Program-made: the position numbers and the translations under genes
Notes under the pieces: model-generated
Databases searched by the model: none
Told to the model about the DNA's origin: nothing
Seen by the model: only the letters and a program-made list of their open reading frames with translations
Shown: positions 43,593-55,800 of the stretch, one piece after another
Position numbering within the stretch: the first letter of the stretch is position 1
Layout of the letters: the number at the start of each line of letters is the position of its first letter
NCBI GenBank assembly: GCA_964016885.1
Contig: OZ024743.1
Span: forward strand, 373,116,001-373,180,000
Length of the DNA: 64,000 nt
Direction of reading: 5' to 3'
Source: Eledone cirrhosa
Taxonomy: Eukaryota

Positions 43593-43931
43593 GGAGGCAC
43601 ATGGCTTAGTGGTTAGAGCATTAGCCTTGCATTCGAAAGGTTGTGAGTTCAATTCTCAGACCGGGTGCTGTGTTGTTTCCTTGAGCAAGATACTTTATTT
43701 CACATTGCTCCAGTTTACTCAGCTGTAGAAATGAGATGATTGGGACTGGGGTCCATATCATTCCACTGTAAAGTGGTTGTGGAGGTGCCACGGCAAAAAA
43801 GCATCCAGCACTCACTGTAAATGAGGTTGGGGTTAGGAAGGGCATCCAGCTGTAGAAATCAAGCCAGAATCAGTTCCCATCCCACCCTTGCAAGCAGGGA
43901 AAAAGCGGACGTAAAATGATGATGTGGATGA
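43593..43931 (+). mobile_element. tRNA-derived SINE with an RTE-derived 3' tail
   Basis: TGGCTTAGTGG A box, GAGTTCAATTC B box, TCCTTGAGCAAGATACTT core, then the RTE 3' UTR GTTAGGAAGGGCATCCAGCTGTAGAAA and (GAT)n. Confidence 0.8.
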
Positions 43932-43932
43932 T

Positions 43933-44390
43933 ATATATAGTGTATTTTGCAATACATTGTATGCTTAATCAAAAGCATTTCGAAGACCTTACGCTATTAT
44001 TTTAGAGTAGTGACAGTCTCACTTACTTTAAATTTTCAGCAAAAAATAAAGATAAAGCTGACAGAGCTCTGTTTCGTACTTTTTGGTACTTATCAAAGCT
44101 AAGTACTCCACCAGTTTGTTGAAAATCATGAATGTTTGATTCTTATAGAATTCAAGTAATAATCAGGAACTGATTATACAGAGCGGTTGCCGGTAAAGCA
44201 GAAATTGAAAATTAGAATTGGTGCTCTGAAATAGCGATATATATATGAATGTATATATAGTGTATACTGTCACTACTCTAAAACAATAGCGTAAGGTCTT
44301 CGAAATGCTTTTAATTAAGCATACAGTGTATTGCAAAATACACTATATATATACATTCATATATATATCGCTATTTCAGCGCACCAATTC

Positions 44391-44397
<7 letters not shown>
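43933..44397. mobile_element. Non-coding island with nested inverted repeats and a hammerhead
   Basis: 43933-44017 is the inverse of 44266-44350; 44207-44262 is the inverse of about 44341-44397. Confidence 0.7.
44056..44100 (-). ncRNA. Type I hammerhead, U3-A8 core variant
   Basis: AGCT TTGATAA GTAC caaaaa GTAC GAAA CAGAGCTCTG TC AGCT; palindromic ACAGAGCTCTGT; GUC site. Confidence 0.8.
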
Positions 44398-44423
<26 letters not shown>

Positions 44424-44427
<4 letters not shown>

Positions 44428-46177
44428 CGATGCACTAGATAGAGGAAACTATAGAGGTATAAAGTTGATGGACCAGGTCATGAAAGTAACAGAAAGAGTT
44501 ATAGCACAGCTGATTAGGGACCGGGTGAATATAGACGAGATGCAATTTGGGTTTGTACCAGGGAAAGGCACCACTGATGCGCTCTTCCTTGTGAGGCAAT
44601 TACAGGAAAAGTACCTAGCTAAAAGTAAGCCACTCTACTTGGCATTTGTCGACCTTGAGAAAGCCTTTGACAGAGTTCCACGTGCAGTAATCTGGTGGGC
44701 TCTTAGAAAACTAGGAGTAGATGAATGGCTTGTGAAAGCGGTACAAGCCATGTATAGGGGAGCAGTCAGCAAAGTTAGGATTGGCAATGAGTATAGCGAG
44801 GAATTTAGCGTACAGGTTGGGGTCCACCAGGGCTCTGTTCTTAGCCCTCTCCTGTTCATCATAGTCCTGCAGGCAATAACGGAGGAGTTTAAGACCGGAT
44901 GCCCATGGGAACTCCTGTATGCTGATGACCTCGCACTCATAGCTGAATCTATGGTAGAACTAGAGAATAAATTCCAAACCTGGAAGCAGGGACTAGAGAG
45001 AAAGGGCCTCAAAGTCAACATGACAAAGACTAAGGTCCTTATAAGTAGACGAGAAAACAGAACCCAGATCCCCTCAGGGAAATGGCCTTGCTCAGTATGT
45101 AGGAAAGGTGTAGGTAGGAACTCCATTCTTTGCCCCAAATGCAAACAATGGGTACACAAGAGATGTAGCGGGATCTCAGGAAGCTTAATTAAGAATGTAG
45201 GATTCACATGCAGCAGCTGTGCTGAAACAGCAAGCAAACAGCCACAGGAAACAAGTACCACCAATCTCTGGGAGGGCCCTGTAGAAACAGTAGACAGCTT
45301 CTGCTACCTAGGTGACCGAATTAGCAACGGAGGTGGGTGCTCAGAAAGTACAATAACTAGGGTAAGAACGGGATGGAAGAAGTTTAGGGAACTACTACCA
45401 CTGCTAGCTGCAAAAGGCTTCTCCCTCAGAATGAAAGGCAGACTGTATGATGCGTGTATCCGAACAGCGATGTTGCATGGTAGTGAGACCTGGGCGCTGA
45501 AGGTGGAAGACCTACGTAGATTAGAGAGAAACGAAGCCTGCATGCTCCGATGGATGTGTAACAGTAATATACGTGAACGACAAAGCATAAATGAATTGAG
45601 AGAGAGACTGAGCATAAGAGGAATCAAATGCTGCGTGCAGGAGAGGCGGTTACGCTGGTATGGACATGTGATGCGTATGAAGGATGACAGCTGCATAAAA
45701 AGGTGCAGAGCACTAGAAGTTGATGGAAACCGCGGAGTGGGGAGACCCAAGATGACTTGGGATGAGGTGATAAAAGCCGACCTTACCCAACTACACCTCT
45801 CAAAGTCAATGACACACGACCGTGACTTCTGGCGTCACGCAGTAATACAGGGTACCCGACCTCCCATGGGTACATGCTGAAGCATATAAACAATATGCCC
45901 CCCCCCCCCCCCACCGCAAGGTGGTCGTGGAGGTGCCACGGCAAAAAAGCACCCAGCCCACACTGTAAAGTGGACGTGTAGGCGCCACGAAAAAGCACCC
46001 AGCACTCACTGTAAATGAGGTTGGTGTTAGGAAGGGCATCCAGCTGTAGAAATCAAGCCAGATCAGTTCCTGTATGAGCAAGGCATGGTCAGCCGACCAG
46101 ACACTGCCCACAACAGGACAACCCGTCTAACCCATGCTAGCGTGGAAGAACGGACGTAAAACGGTGATGATGATGAT
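44424..46177 (+). mobile_element. RTE LINE family B, 5'-truncated
   Basis: Open RT frame, 3' UTR, (GAT)n tail. Confidence 0.92.
44465..45880 (+). CDS. RTE reverse transcriptase with PHD-type insert
   Basis: NYRGIKL upstream in frame, QFGF, DLEKAFD, QGS, YADD, C4HC3 finger, YLG. Confidence 0.88.
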   Translation: MMDQVMKVTERVIAQLIRDRVNIDEMQFGFVPGKGTTDALFLVRQLQEKYLAKSKPLYLAFVDLEKAFDRVPRAVIWWALRKLGVDEWLVKAVQAMYRGAVSKVRIGNEYSEEFSVQVGVHQGSVLSPLLFIIVLQAITEEFKTGCPWELLYADDLALIAESMVELENKFQTWKQGLERKGLKVNMTKTKVLISRRENRTQIPSGKWPCSVCRKGVGRNSILCPKCKQWVHKRCSGISGSLIKNVGFTCSSCAETASKQPQETSTTNLWEGPVETVDSFCYLGDRISNGGGCSESTITRVRTGWKKFRELLPLLAAKGFSLRMKGRLYDACIRTAMLHGSETWALKVEDLRRLERNEACMLRWMCNSNIRERQSINELRERLSIRGIKCCVQERRLRWYGHVMRMKDDSCIKRCRALEVDGNRGVGRPKMTWDEVIKADLTQLHLSKSMTHDRDFWRHAVIQGTRPPMGTC

Positions 46178-46194
46178 ATATATATATATATATA

Positions 46195-48435
46195 TTCTAC
46201 AACGCGAGGACCAAAAACGCGAGGTGTTCAGGATTGCTAGACAATGTGTCAAGGAAAACCGTGATATTGTCGGGGAGAAGTGTGTCTATAATGATAACGG
46301 TGTACTTGCCCTCACTGATGCTGATAAGAAGATAGCCTGGAAGTGTCACTACGAGAGACTATTAAAGGAGGAGAATAAGTGGGAAAAAGATAGTCTACCC
46401 CAAATCGATCCAATAGAAGGACCAGCGGTGCAAGTTAAAGGTAGTATAATAAGTAAGGCAATCAAAGATATGAAGACAGGCAAGGCAGCTGAGCCTTCGG
46501 AGATAGTTGCTGAGATGTTGAAGGCATCTGAAATGGTGGGACATACTATGGTCACCCGTATAGTTAACCAAGTAATACAGAATGGGGTCATACCAAAAGA
46601 CTGGCGTAGCAGCATCATCTTTAACTGCTACAAGGGTAAAGGAGATGCTCTAGATAGAGGAAACTATAGAGACAGTAAGTTAATTGACCAGGTCATGAAG
46701 GTCACAGAAAGAGTTATAGCACAACTAATCAGAGAGCGAATTGATCTAGATGAAATGCAGTTTGGGTTTGTGTCAGGTAAAAGTAACACAGATGCTCTTT
46801 TCCTTGTACGACAACTACAATAGAAGTACCTAGCTAAAAGTAAACCCCTCTACTTAGCTTTTGTAGACCTGGAAAAAGCCTTTGACAGAGTCCCCCGCTC
46901 CATTATCTGGTGGGCTCTTAGAAAACTAGGTGTAGATGAATGGCTTGTGAGAGCTATACAAGCTATGTTTAATGAAACAGTCAGTAAGGTTAGAATTAAC
47001 AATGAATATTGTGAAAAATTTAGTGTAAAAGTTGGTGTTCAACAAGGCTCTGTCCTTAGCCCCCTCCTATTTATTATTGCCCTTCAGGCTATAACAGAGG
47101 AGTTCAAGACCGGCTGCCCATGGGAACTCCTATACGCAGATGATCTAACGCTCATAGCTGAATCAATGGCTGAACTAGAAAAGAAATTCCAAACATGGAA
47201 GCATGGCCTAGAATCAAAAGGCCTTAAAGTTAACTTGTCTAAGATTAAAGTCCTAGTTTGTATAAAGGAAAATAAGGCATAGGTACCCTCAGGGAAATGG
47301 CCTTGCTCAGTGTGTAGGAAAGGAGTAAGCAGAAATTCAATTTTATGTCCCAAATGCAAAGTATGGGTACATAAAAGATGTAGTCGGATCACAGGTAAAC
47401 TATCCAAGAACGTAGACTTTATATGTGGCCGATGCTCAGGTGCAATAAGTAGCAAGTGTCCACAGGATACTAGCCTCTTCTATTGCTCAGATGGTTCTAT
47501 AGAAATAGTAGACACTTTCCGTTACCTGGGTGACGAAATCAGCAGTGTTGGAGGGTGTTCTGAAAGTACAGTAGCCAGAGTCAGAACGGAATGGAAAAAG
47601 TTCTGAGAGCTTATACCACTGTTGGCCACAAAACGTTTCTCTCTAAAAATGAAAGGCAGATTGTATGATACTTGTATATGAACAGCAATGCTACATGGCA
47701 ATGAGACATGGGCATTGCATGCAGAGGAAAAGCATAAATGAACTAAGTGAGAAATTAGGAATAAGAGGGATCAGATGCTGTTTACTTGAGAGAAGACTAC
47801 GTTGGTATGGCCATGTGATGCGCATGAAAGACGACAGCTGTATAACAAAGTGCAGGGCGATCAAAATTGATGGTAGTTACAGAGTAGGTAGACCCAGAAA
47901 AACCTGGGACGATTTGATAAATTCTGACCTTACACACTTGCACCTCTCTAAGACAATGTCAGTGGACCGAGATCTTTGGCGCTACGCAGTAATACAGAAG
48001 ACCCGCCTTGCCTATGTACAAAGCGAAACCTACAGTCAGTAGGCACCTCTTAACCAAATATACACTCCAATCCACTACCCCTACCCTATCCTCCCACTCC
48101 CAACAACACCACCCTCTCTCTATAAAGTTGGTACCACAACATCCAGTCCAAATAAATGAGATAATAAGATTGAGATCGTGTAGGTGTCATGACAAAAAAA
48201 AAAACACACAGTCCACACTGTAATGTGGTCGTGTAGATAACACGGTAAAAAGTTCCCAGTTCCACACTGTAAACGTGGTTGGTGTTAGGAAGGGTATCCA
48301 GCCGTAGAAAACCTGCCAGATAGTCCTATATGAGCGAGACACGGTCACCCGACCAACCTTGCCTCAAGTGGGACAACTCCCGTCTAACCCATGCTAGCAT
48401 GGAAAGTGGACGTTAAACAAGGATGATGATGATGA

Positions 48436-48438
<3 letters not shown>
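46195..48438 (+). pseudogene. Older RTE copy (family A-related) with premature stops and an internal deletion
   Basis: ORF pieces 46134-46823, 46947-47282 and 47310-47606 are collinear RT; stops at 46821, 47280 and 47604; (GAT)n tail. Confidence 0.88.
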
Positions 48439-48502
<64 letters not shown>

Positions 48503-48623
48503 AATGTAACATATCAAATATGTTAGAATTATGTGCTTCTCAATAAATTAGCTCAATAGACATTATCCAGAGCATCATTAAGTTAAAAGTAGAAGATATA
48601 TATATAGAGAGAGAGAGACAGAG

Positions 48624-49356
48624 AGAAATAACAGTCGTATATATGAGGCGGCTTGCAGCTCAAACTAGGAGCAGTTAAATTAATAAGGTAATGAATTCTT
48701 TTACAATGGAATTAGCTCGAAGGAGGAAAATACCCCCTGAGCCGTGTATAAACTAATATGTATGTGATGAAACACAGATACCAACACATCTGTATATATA
48801 TTGCAAAAGAAAAATTTAGCCAGATTGAAGTATACTAATTATTATACTACAGTTTGTCCATATCGATTTAAAATAATAAATCAACGAAGACGAACTGTAT
48901 TGCCAAGAGGCTATGCTCCTAGTTTGAGCTGCAAGCCGCCTCATATATACGACTGTTATTTCTAGCAGTACGGTTATGAGACTAGTTAGATACTGTAAAA
49001 CCATGTGCGTCACGCAGTCTTTTAAATTATTTAGAAGTGAAGCATATCAATTTGTCCCTGGATGTTTACTGAGGAGAGCAGGACATGATATTCCTACACT
49101 TATTTAACTCGAAACATATTTGGATTTTAAAGTTTAAACTTATCTACGGAACAGGTTTGATTTTGAAATTTAAATGTGTCTAAACATCATAGCCTCTTGG
49201 CAATACAGTTCGTCTTCGTTGATTTATTATTTTAAATCGATATGGACAAACTGTAGTATAATAATTAGTATACTTCAATCTGGCTAAATTTTTCTTTTGC
49301 AATATATATACAGATGTGTTGGTATCTGTGTTTCATCACATACATATTAGTTTATA
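48624..49356 (+). mobile_element. Non-coding island with two overlapping inverted-repeat pairs and a hammerhead
   Basis: 48624-48673 is the inverse of 48914-48963; 48747-48915 is the inverse of 49188-49356. Confidence 0.72.
49061..49188 (+). ncRNA. Type I hammerhead with extended stems II and III
   Basis: GATGTTTA CTGAGGA GAG...CTC GAAA CATATTT...AAATGTG TC TAAACATC; perfect 8-bp stem I, 7-bp stem III base, GUC site. Confidence 0.85.
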
Positions 49357-49369
49357 TATATATATATAT

Positions 49370-51346
49370 ATTCTTAGCCCCCTACTATTTATTATTGCTC
49401 TTCAGGCTATAACAGAGGAGTTCAAGACCGGCTGCCCATGGGAACTCCTATACGCAGATGACCTAACGCTCATAGCTGAATCAATGGCCGAGCTCGAGAA
49501 GAAATTCCAAACATGGAAGCACGGCCTAGAATCAAAAGGCCTTAAAATTAACCTGGCTAAGACTAAAGTTCTAGTTTGTAGGAAAGAAAATAAGGTGCCG
49601 GTCCCTTCCGGGAAATGGCCATGCTCAGTGTGTAGGAAAGGCGTAGGTAGAAACTCCATTTTATGTCCCAAATGCAAAGTATGGGTGCATAAAAGATGTA
49701 GTGGGATCACAGGTAAGCTAACTAAGAACACAGATTTTACATGTGGCCGGTGCTCTGGTGCAATAAGTAGCAGCAAGTACCCACAAAATACTAGCTCTTT
49801 CAACTGCGCAGAGGGTTCTATAGAAATAGTGGACAGCTTCCGTTACCTGGGTGACAAAATCAGCAGTGGGGGAGGGTGCTCTGAAAGTACAGTAGCTAGA
49901 GTCAGAACTGGATGGAAAAAGTTCAGAGAGCTTATACCACTATTAGCCGCTAAAGGGTTCTCCCTAAAAATGAAAGGCAGGTTGTATGATGCCTGCATAC
50001 GAACAGCAATGTTGCATGGCAGTGAGACCTGGGCATTGTGTGCAGAGGATATACGCAGACTAGAGAGGAACGAAGCTTGCATGCTCCGCTGGATGTGTAA
50101 TAGTAATATACGCGAACGGCAAAGCATAAACGAACTAAGGAAAAAATTAGAAATAAGAGGGATCAGATGTTGTTTACTCGAGAGAAGGCTACGTTGGTAC
50201 GGTCACGTGATGCGCATGAAAGACGACAGCTGTATAGCAAAGTGCAGGGCAATAAAGATAGACGGTAGCCACAGAGTAGGCAGACCCAGAAAAACCTGGG
50301 ACAAGCTGATAAATTCCGACCTCACACACTTACACCTCTCTAAGACAATGTCACTGGACCGAGACCTTTGGCGGTACTCAGTAATAGAGAAGACCCGCCT
50401 TACCTAAATACAAAGTAAAACCTACTACAATCAGTAGGCATCATCATCATCATCATCATCATCACCGTTTTACGTCCGTTCTTCCACGCTAGCATGGGTT
50501 AGACGGGTTGTCCTGTTGTGGGCAGTGTCTGGTCGGCTGACCATGCCTTGCTCATACAGGAACTGATCTGGCTTGATTTCTACAGCTGGATGCCCTTCCT
50601 AACACCAACCTCATTTACAGTGAGTGCTGGGTGCTTTTTCGTGGCGCCTACACGTCCACTTTACAGTGTGGGCTGGGTGCTTTTTTGCCGTGGCACCTCC
50701 ACGACCACCTTGCGGTGGGGGGGGGGGGGGCATATTGTTTATATGCTTCAGCATGTACCCATGGGAGGTCGGGTACCCTGTATTACTGCGTGACGCCAGA
50801 AGTCACGGTCGTGTGTCATTGACTTTGAGAGGTGTAGTTGGGTAAGGTCGGCTCTTATCACCTCATCCCAAGTCATCTTGGGTCTCCCCACTCCGCGGTT
50901 TCCATCAACTTCTAGTGCTCTGCACCTTTTTATGCAGCTGTCATCCTTCATACGCATCACATGTCCATACCAGCGTAACCGCCTCTCCTGCACGCAGCAT
51001 TTGATTCCTCTTATGCTCAGTCTCTCTCTCAATTCATCTCTAACAAAATACACCCCCGTCCCACCACCCCCACCCCATCCACACCGCCCCTTTCAATGTA
51101 AAGTTATGTTGGTGCCACAAAATCCAGGCCAAAACAAATGAGATCGTGTAGGTGTCACGACAAAAAAACACACAGTCCACGCTGTAATGTGGCCGTGTAG
51201 GCAACACGGTAAAAACCTCCCAGTCCCACACTGTAAATGTGGTTGGTGTTAGGAAGGGCATCCAGCTGTAGAAATCAAGCCAGAATCAGTTCCCGTCCCA
51301 CCCTTGCAAGCAGGGAAAAGCAGACGTAAAATGATGATGATGATGA
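49370..51346 (+). mobile_element. RTE family A copy (RT ORF to 50407) with its 3' UTR split by a nested insertion
   Basis: UTR breaks at TCAGTAGGCATC (about 50442) and resumes at CATCTCTAACAAAATACACCCC (about 51035). Confidence 0.88.
50439..51034 (-). mobile_element. RTE family B 3' fragment nested in the opposite orientation
   Basis: Reverse complement of about 45592-46177; its (GAT)n tail merges with the target CATC. Confidence 0.88.
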
Positions 51347-51540
51347 TCATCATCATCATCATCATCATCATCATTTTATGTCTGCTTTTCCCTGCTTATA
51401 TATAATTTTGGATAACATATATACACTATATATAAAGGATCGATTGACTTTCATTAAATCGGACCGATGAAACAATGTTTCCGTTGGTCTTTCCAGTTGC
51501 TAATACTATCTATTGGTCGCAACTCCAGGTAGAAGGAGTA

Positions 51541-51653
51541 ATGTGAAATAAAGTGTCTTGCTCAAGGACATAACGCATCGACCGGTCCAAGAACCAAACT
51601 CACAACCTCAAGATTGTGAATCCAATTCTCTAACCACTCAGCCATACGCCTTC
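51541..51653 (-). mobile_element. tRNA-SINE head and core fragment
   Basis: Minus strand: GGCGTATGGCTGAGTGGTTAGAG...GTCCTTGAGCAAGACACTTTATTTCACAT; matches the 43593 family. Confidence 0.7.
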
Positions 51654-51731
51654 ACATACATCATCATCATCATCGTTTAACGTCCATTTTCCATGCTAGC
51701 ATGGGTCTGTATATATATTTAATATAGAAAT

Positions 51732-51782
51732 GGCTTCTACAGGACTAGAACTGTTTCATTCAGGAGAAATCATCAGGAAGCC
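51732..51782 (-). ncRNA. Isolated type I hammerhead
   Basis: GGCTTC CTGATGA T TTC tcct GAA T GAAA CAG ttctagtc CTG TA GAAGCC. Confidence 0.78.
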
Positions 51783-52899
51783 GACTGTCCAAGTTATATG
51801 GTGGTATATATATATATAGAGAGAGGGGGGGGGGATATCATCATCATTTAACATGATTTCACTGCTAGCAACAGTTGGATGGGTCTTCACAGATCGAGTC
51901 AGTACTCAGATGGGCAGGGGACCATCATTTCATTGATATATGCTCCTGTGCTCTACTGAGTGCATTTTATTTTGTCACCACCACTAGGCACGTTCTCATG
52001 TCTTTGACACCTGAAAAGTCCCACCAACCCTTTGTTTGGCAGGTTTTCTGGGGCTGGAAGCCCTTTCTATCACCAACTACTTTACAGAGTGTAGTTGGTA
52101 AGTTTATTGTATAGATCACGAACACTAGAGATGCTGTACCATTGACACAACTGATGTATCCTTTTGACCCTTTTTTGGCATAGTTCCTGGAGTTGTAACC
52201 ACTTCCTGTCGCCAACCGCCTAGAAAGGTGTACTGAGTGTGTTTTTTATGGGATCAGCACTAGAGAGATTGTTGAGTCATTACTGGAAGTTCCTCTCAAC
52301 CCTTTGTAGAATGGATTCTACAGCTGGAAGCCCTTGCTAACATCAACCACTTGTGTATTGGTTGCAGGGAACATTTTATCATGGCACCAGCATTAGGGAG
52401 GTTGTCAGTCATAGACTTAACAGTATGGATCTCTCTACCTTGTTGAGGGGTGTTGTATGGTGGTGATAGGAGGGTGTAAGGTATATCATGGGTAAGCAAC
52501 ACGAGGGAGTGGAGGGGGCTGACAGGTTCGCTTATCAGGGTTTAAGTTGTGTTGTGAAAAAGAAAAGTGGTGAAGAAAGTATGTGTTAAAACATGTGTAG
52601 TGGGGTTTGACAGATTGATGTGAGGGTGAGAACCTTGTACTCCTGGGTAGAGTGGGAGGTGTTTATGGGTATGGGAATTGTTTCTAAAGATCAGTGGTTT
52701 GTGGGTTAGGTGAGCGTTCAACACTGCATGACATTCATGAGATTCAGCTTCCTAATATAGCTTTTCACTACTTCATCACATGTCTTCTAAGCCTACTTCT
52801 TCCACAAATCCCATCCACAGGTCAGCTTTGCCTTTCAGCCTTCTGAGGGTTGATAGTATAAGCTTTGGGGTTGATTTAATCAACTCTGCCCTTCTGTGT

Positions 52900-55800
52900 C
52901 TTCATGTATTTTACCATGTCTTGTCAGAACACAAGCTGACTTGCAAATTAAGCTACACCCAGGACAAATGGACCTGGTGGTAAAACTATCTTACAAGATT
53001 TCCCTCTGGCTCATGTGACATTATGTGGTTGACTAATCCAGTTCTTGAGAGAAGAAATCATCCACACATACATGTCACACTTCAATTCCTGCAGGTTGCA
53101 GATACTACACTTGTGTTTTGCTTACAGAGTGAACACTTCAAAACAGTGTGATCCACTTCCTTTTGCTCAAAGACACCACATCTATTCTCAATAATCTTTC
53201 TCCAAGATGCACACAAAGAGAGCTTTGTGTTTGTAGTGATACCCTGATCTAACCAGACTTGCTTCTTGACTTTCCCAAAAGAAACACAAGTTTTCACAAT
53301 CTTGTGGTTTATTTCAGAATCAAGGGCGTCATCTCTACTAAACATTCTTCTGAGATACACAAAGCTGTCTACCATTTCATGTCTTTTTCCTTCCATGAAA
53401 ATATTAGTCTCCACCATACATTCTCAACTGGTGAAGTGTACATGACCTTTGTCTGGTTAAGTGTAAATGAGCTTTGCGCCATTTGAAAAGAGGCGCTACT
53501 TGGACTAGGAGCACTTTCTATTAAAGTCAGATAAGCTATCGTCAGAGAGTGAAAAAAGAAACTTCTTCAGATGTATGATCTGTCTTTGATTATCATGGAT
53601 GAGAAACACTATGGTGGCTGGATCATTAAACCATTTGTATAAATTATTAGGCCAATAGTGAAAAATACATTGCTGGGAACTACATGACTACACAGGCATA
53701 CCTCATAGTATGAATTGTCAAATATTTTAATAGGGTTTTAATATTTGTCAAAGATCAGTATTACACAGATCACTCCCTTTAATATTTGTCAAGGATCAGT
53801 ATTACACAGATCACTCCCTTTAATATTTGTCAAGGATCAGTATTACACAGATCACTCCCATTAATATTTGTCAAAGATCAGTATTACACAGATCACTCCC
53901 TTTAATATTTGTCAAAGATCAGTATTACACAGATCATTCCCTTTAAATACACTAACACTTTTGCCAATACTTTACGTACATTTAAGTCTAAAGAATACCT
54001 GTAGAACAAATGAAAATGCAGTTTAATACCCTAAACCTCCATTTATTTAAACTCCGCTGTCAATCCCATTGTCGAAAAACTACTATGTAGCTTGCTGCAT
54101 GGATAGGGGCACAATTTCAATGTTTGCTATAGGCGCTATTTTCCCTTGTTACATCTCTGCAAGAGTGCCAAATGTTTTTAACTTGGTGTTGAAAAGTCTT
54201 AGATTGAAGACTTTGCCTGAGGTTCTCAATCATATCTATACACTCCTTGATTTCAGATACTTATATGAAAACTTAAATGAATATTCTTACTATGTTGGTG
54301 GCTACAGTTGCATAAACTAACAAAGTTTCATGTGGTATTGGTTGATATCATAGACACTTGATGTGTTGCTCAGCAAACATCAATGTAATGATCATTTAAG
54401 TTTTGATATTATAAGTATTTGAAGTGTTTTTGTTGTCACCCTGTATACATTGGTTTTGCAGTCTTGGAAGGCATATATTAGTAACACAGCAAAATAGATG
54501 GAGAACAGAGTGGGTTGGTATGTCAACTTGTTTGGCACTATTTCCCACTGAAATTAGCTCAGAAAGTGTCACATTGAAGTTTACTTTTGCCTTCATGTTA
54601 TGATGAAGCTTTTTGAATTCAGGAGGGCATCCAAGCTTCTTCAATATGACCCACAATGCACTATGATTAACAATATCAAAGACCTTAGTTAGGTCCCAAA
54701 ATACTTCATACAGTGGCAACACGCTTCTCCATAAGCTACTCTCAGATCTTGAATACCCCCCCCCCCCCCCACACACACACACCGCTTATTAATTTTTCAG
54801 ACTTTTTCACTCCGCCCGATTTTATTCCCCATCCCCTGTGCTTATTAAATTTTGTAAATCTATCTCTGGCGAAATTTTATTGTAAGTAATACAGCAGCTG
54901 GAGAATCTTATAAATACTTTATTTTACATTAAAAAACATATATGACAAAAAAAGAACATTATAAGAAATTCCATATTTACGAATGTACACTCTACAATTA
55001 ACCCCCCCCCCCCCCGTTTATTCCATCCCCCTCTCCCCTGTCGTGTATAAGAATTTGAGCAAATGTCCAATCCCCCTATTATTTGGGACCCAAGAGTAGC
55101 TGGTTGAGAAGATCATGTCCATAGTACTCTGACCAGCTCTAAATCCACACTGGGTCTCAGGGATAACACCAGGGAAAATCCATTTGTTAGTCGATTCAAC
55201 AAAAGCTTGGATAGAAAGTTTTCTGTGAAATTGAGCAGACTTATACCATGATAGTCACTACATTCAGACTTGGAGCCCTTGCCCTTGTAAATGATAAGCA
55301 TAATTGCATCAACCCACTCTTGCAGGACAGACTCGCCATGACATACAGATAAAATTAGCTCATTAATGGCTATAACAATATTGTCTCCTCCAAAGCTGAT
55401 CAGCTCAATAGGTATTCCAAACCTGAAGCTTTCCCTATGTTTATCTCTTTGATACTAGACCTTATCTTATCAATGGTTGATTCATTCATCATCTCTATCA
55501 GAGTCTTCTTTCACAGCAGTCCATTAATAATTTAATCATCAACTACAGATGGGTTCTGAAACAGATCTTTAAAGTCCACCAATTCATGATTCCTGTTGGA
55601 TCTTTAATGTGGGCACTCTCAGCTTTTGACTTCACTGGTGTCACTTTTAAGGTCTTTGGATCAACAATTTGCAAAAGAAGACCATTGGTATTAATCTTGT
55701 CCATGTCAGTATGTCCTGAAGCACTCTGCATGTTGTGCTTACTGTTCACACATTCATTGAAATCTCCAAGCAGCAAGATCTTATTTGCATGTGGAATCAA

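Noticed and set aside
43593-43665. tRNA gene
   Set aside because: A and B boxes are present but it continues into a SINE core and LINE tail; no intact cloverleaf
54736-55099. MITE with degenerate TIRs (CTACTCT...AGAGTAG) inside the old RTE
   Set aside because: It interrupts the RT remnant, but the TIR match is too short and degenerate to call with confidence
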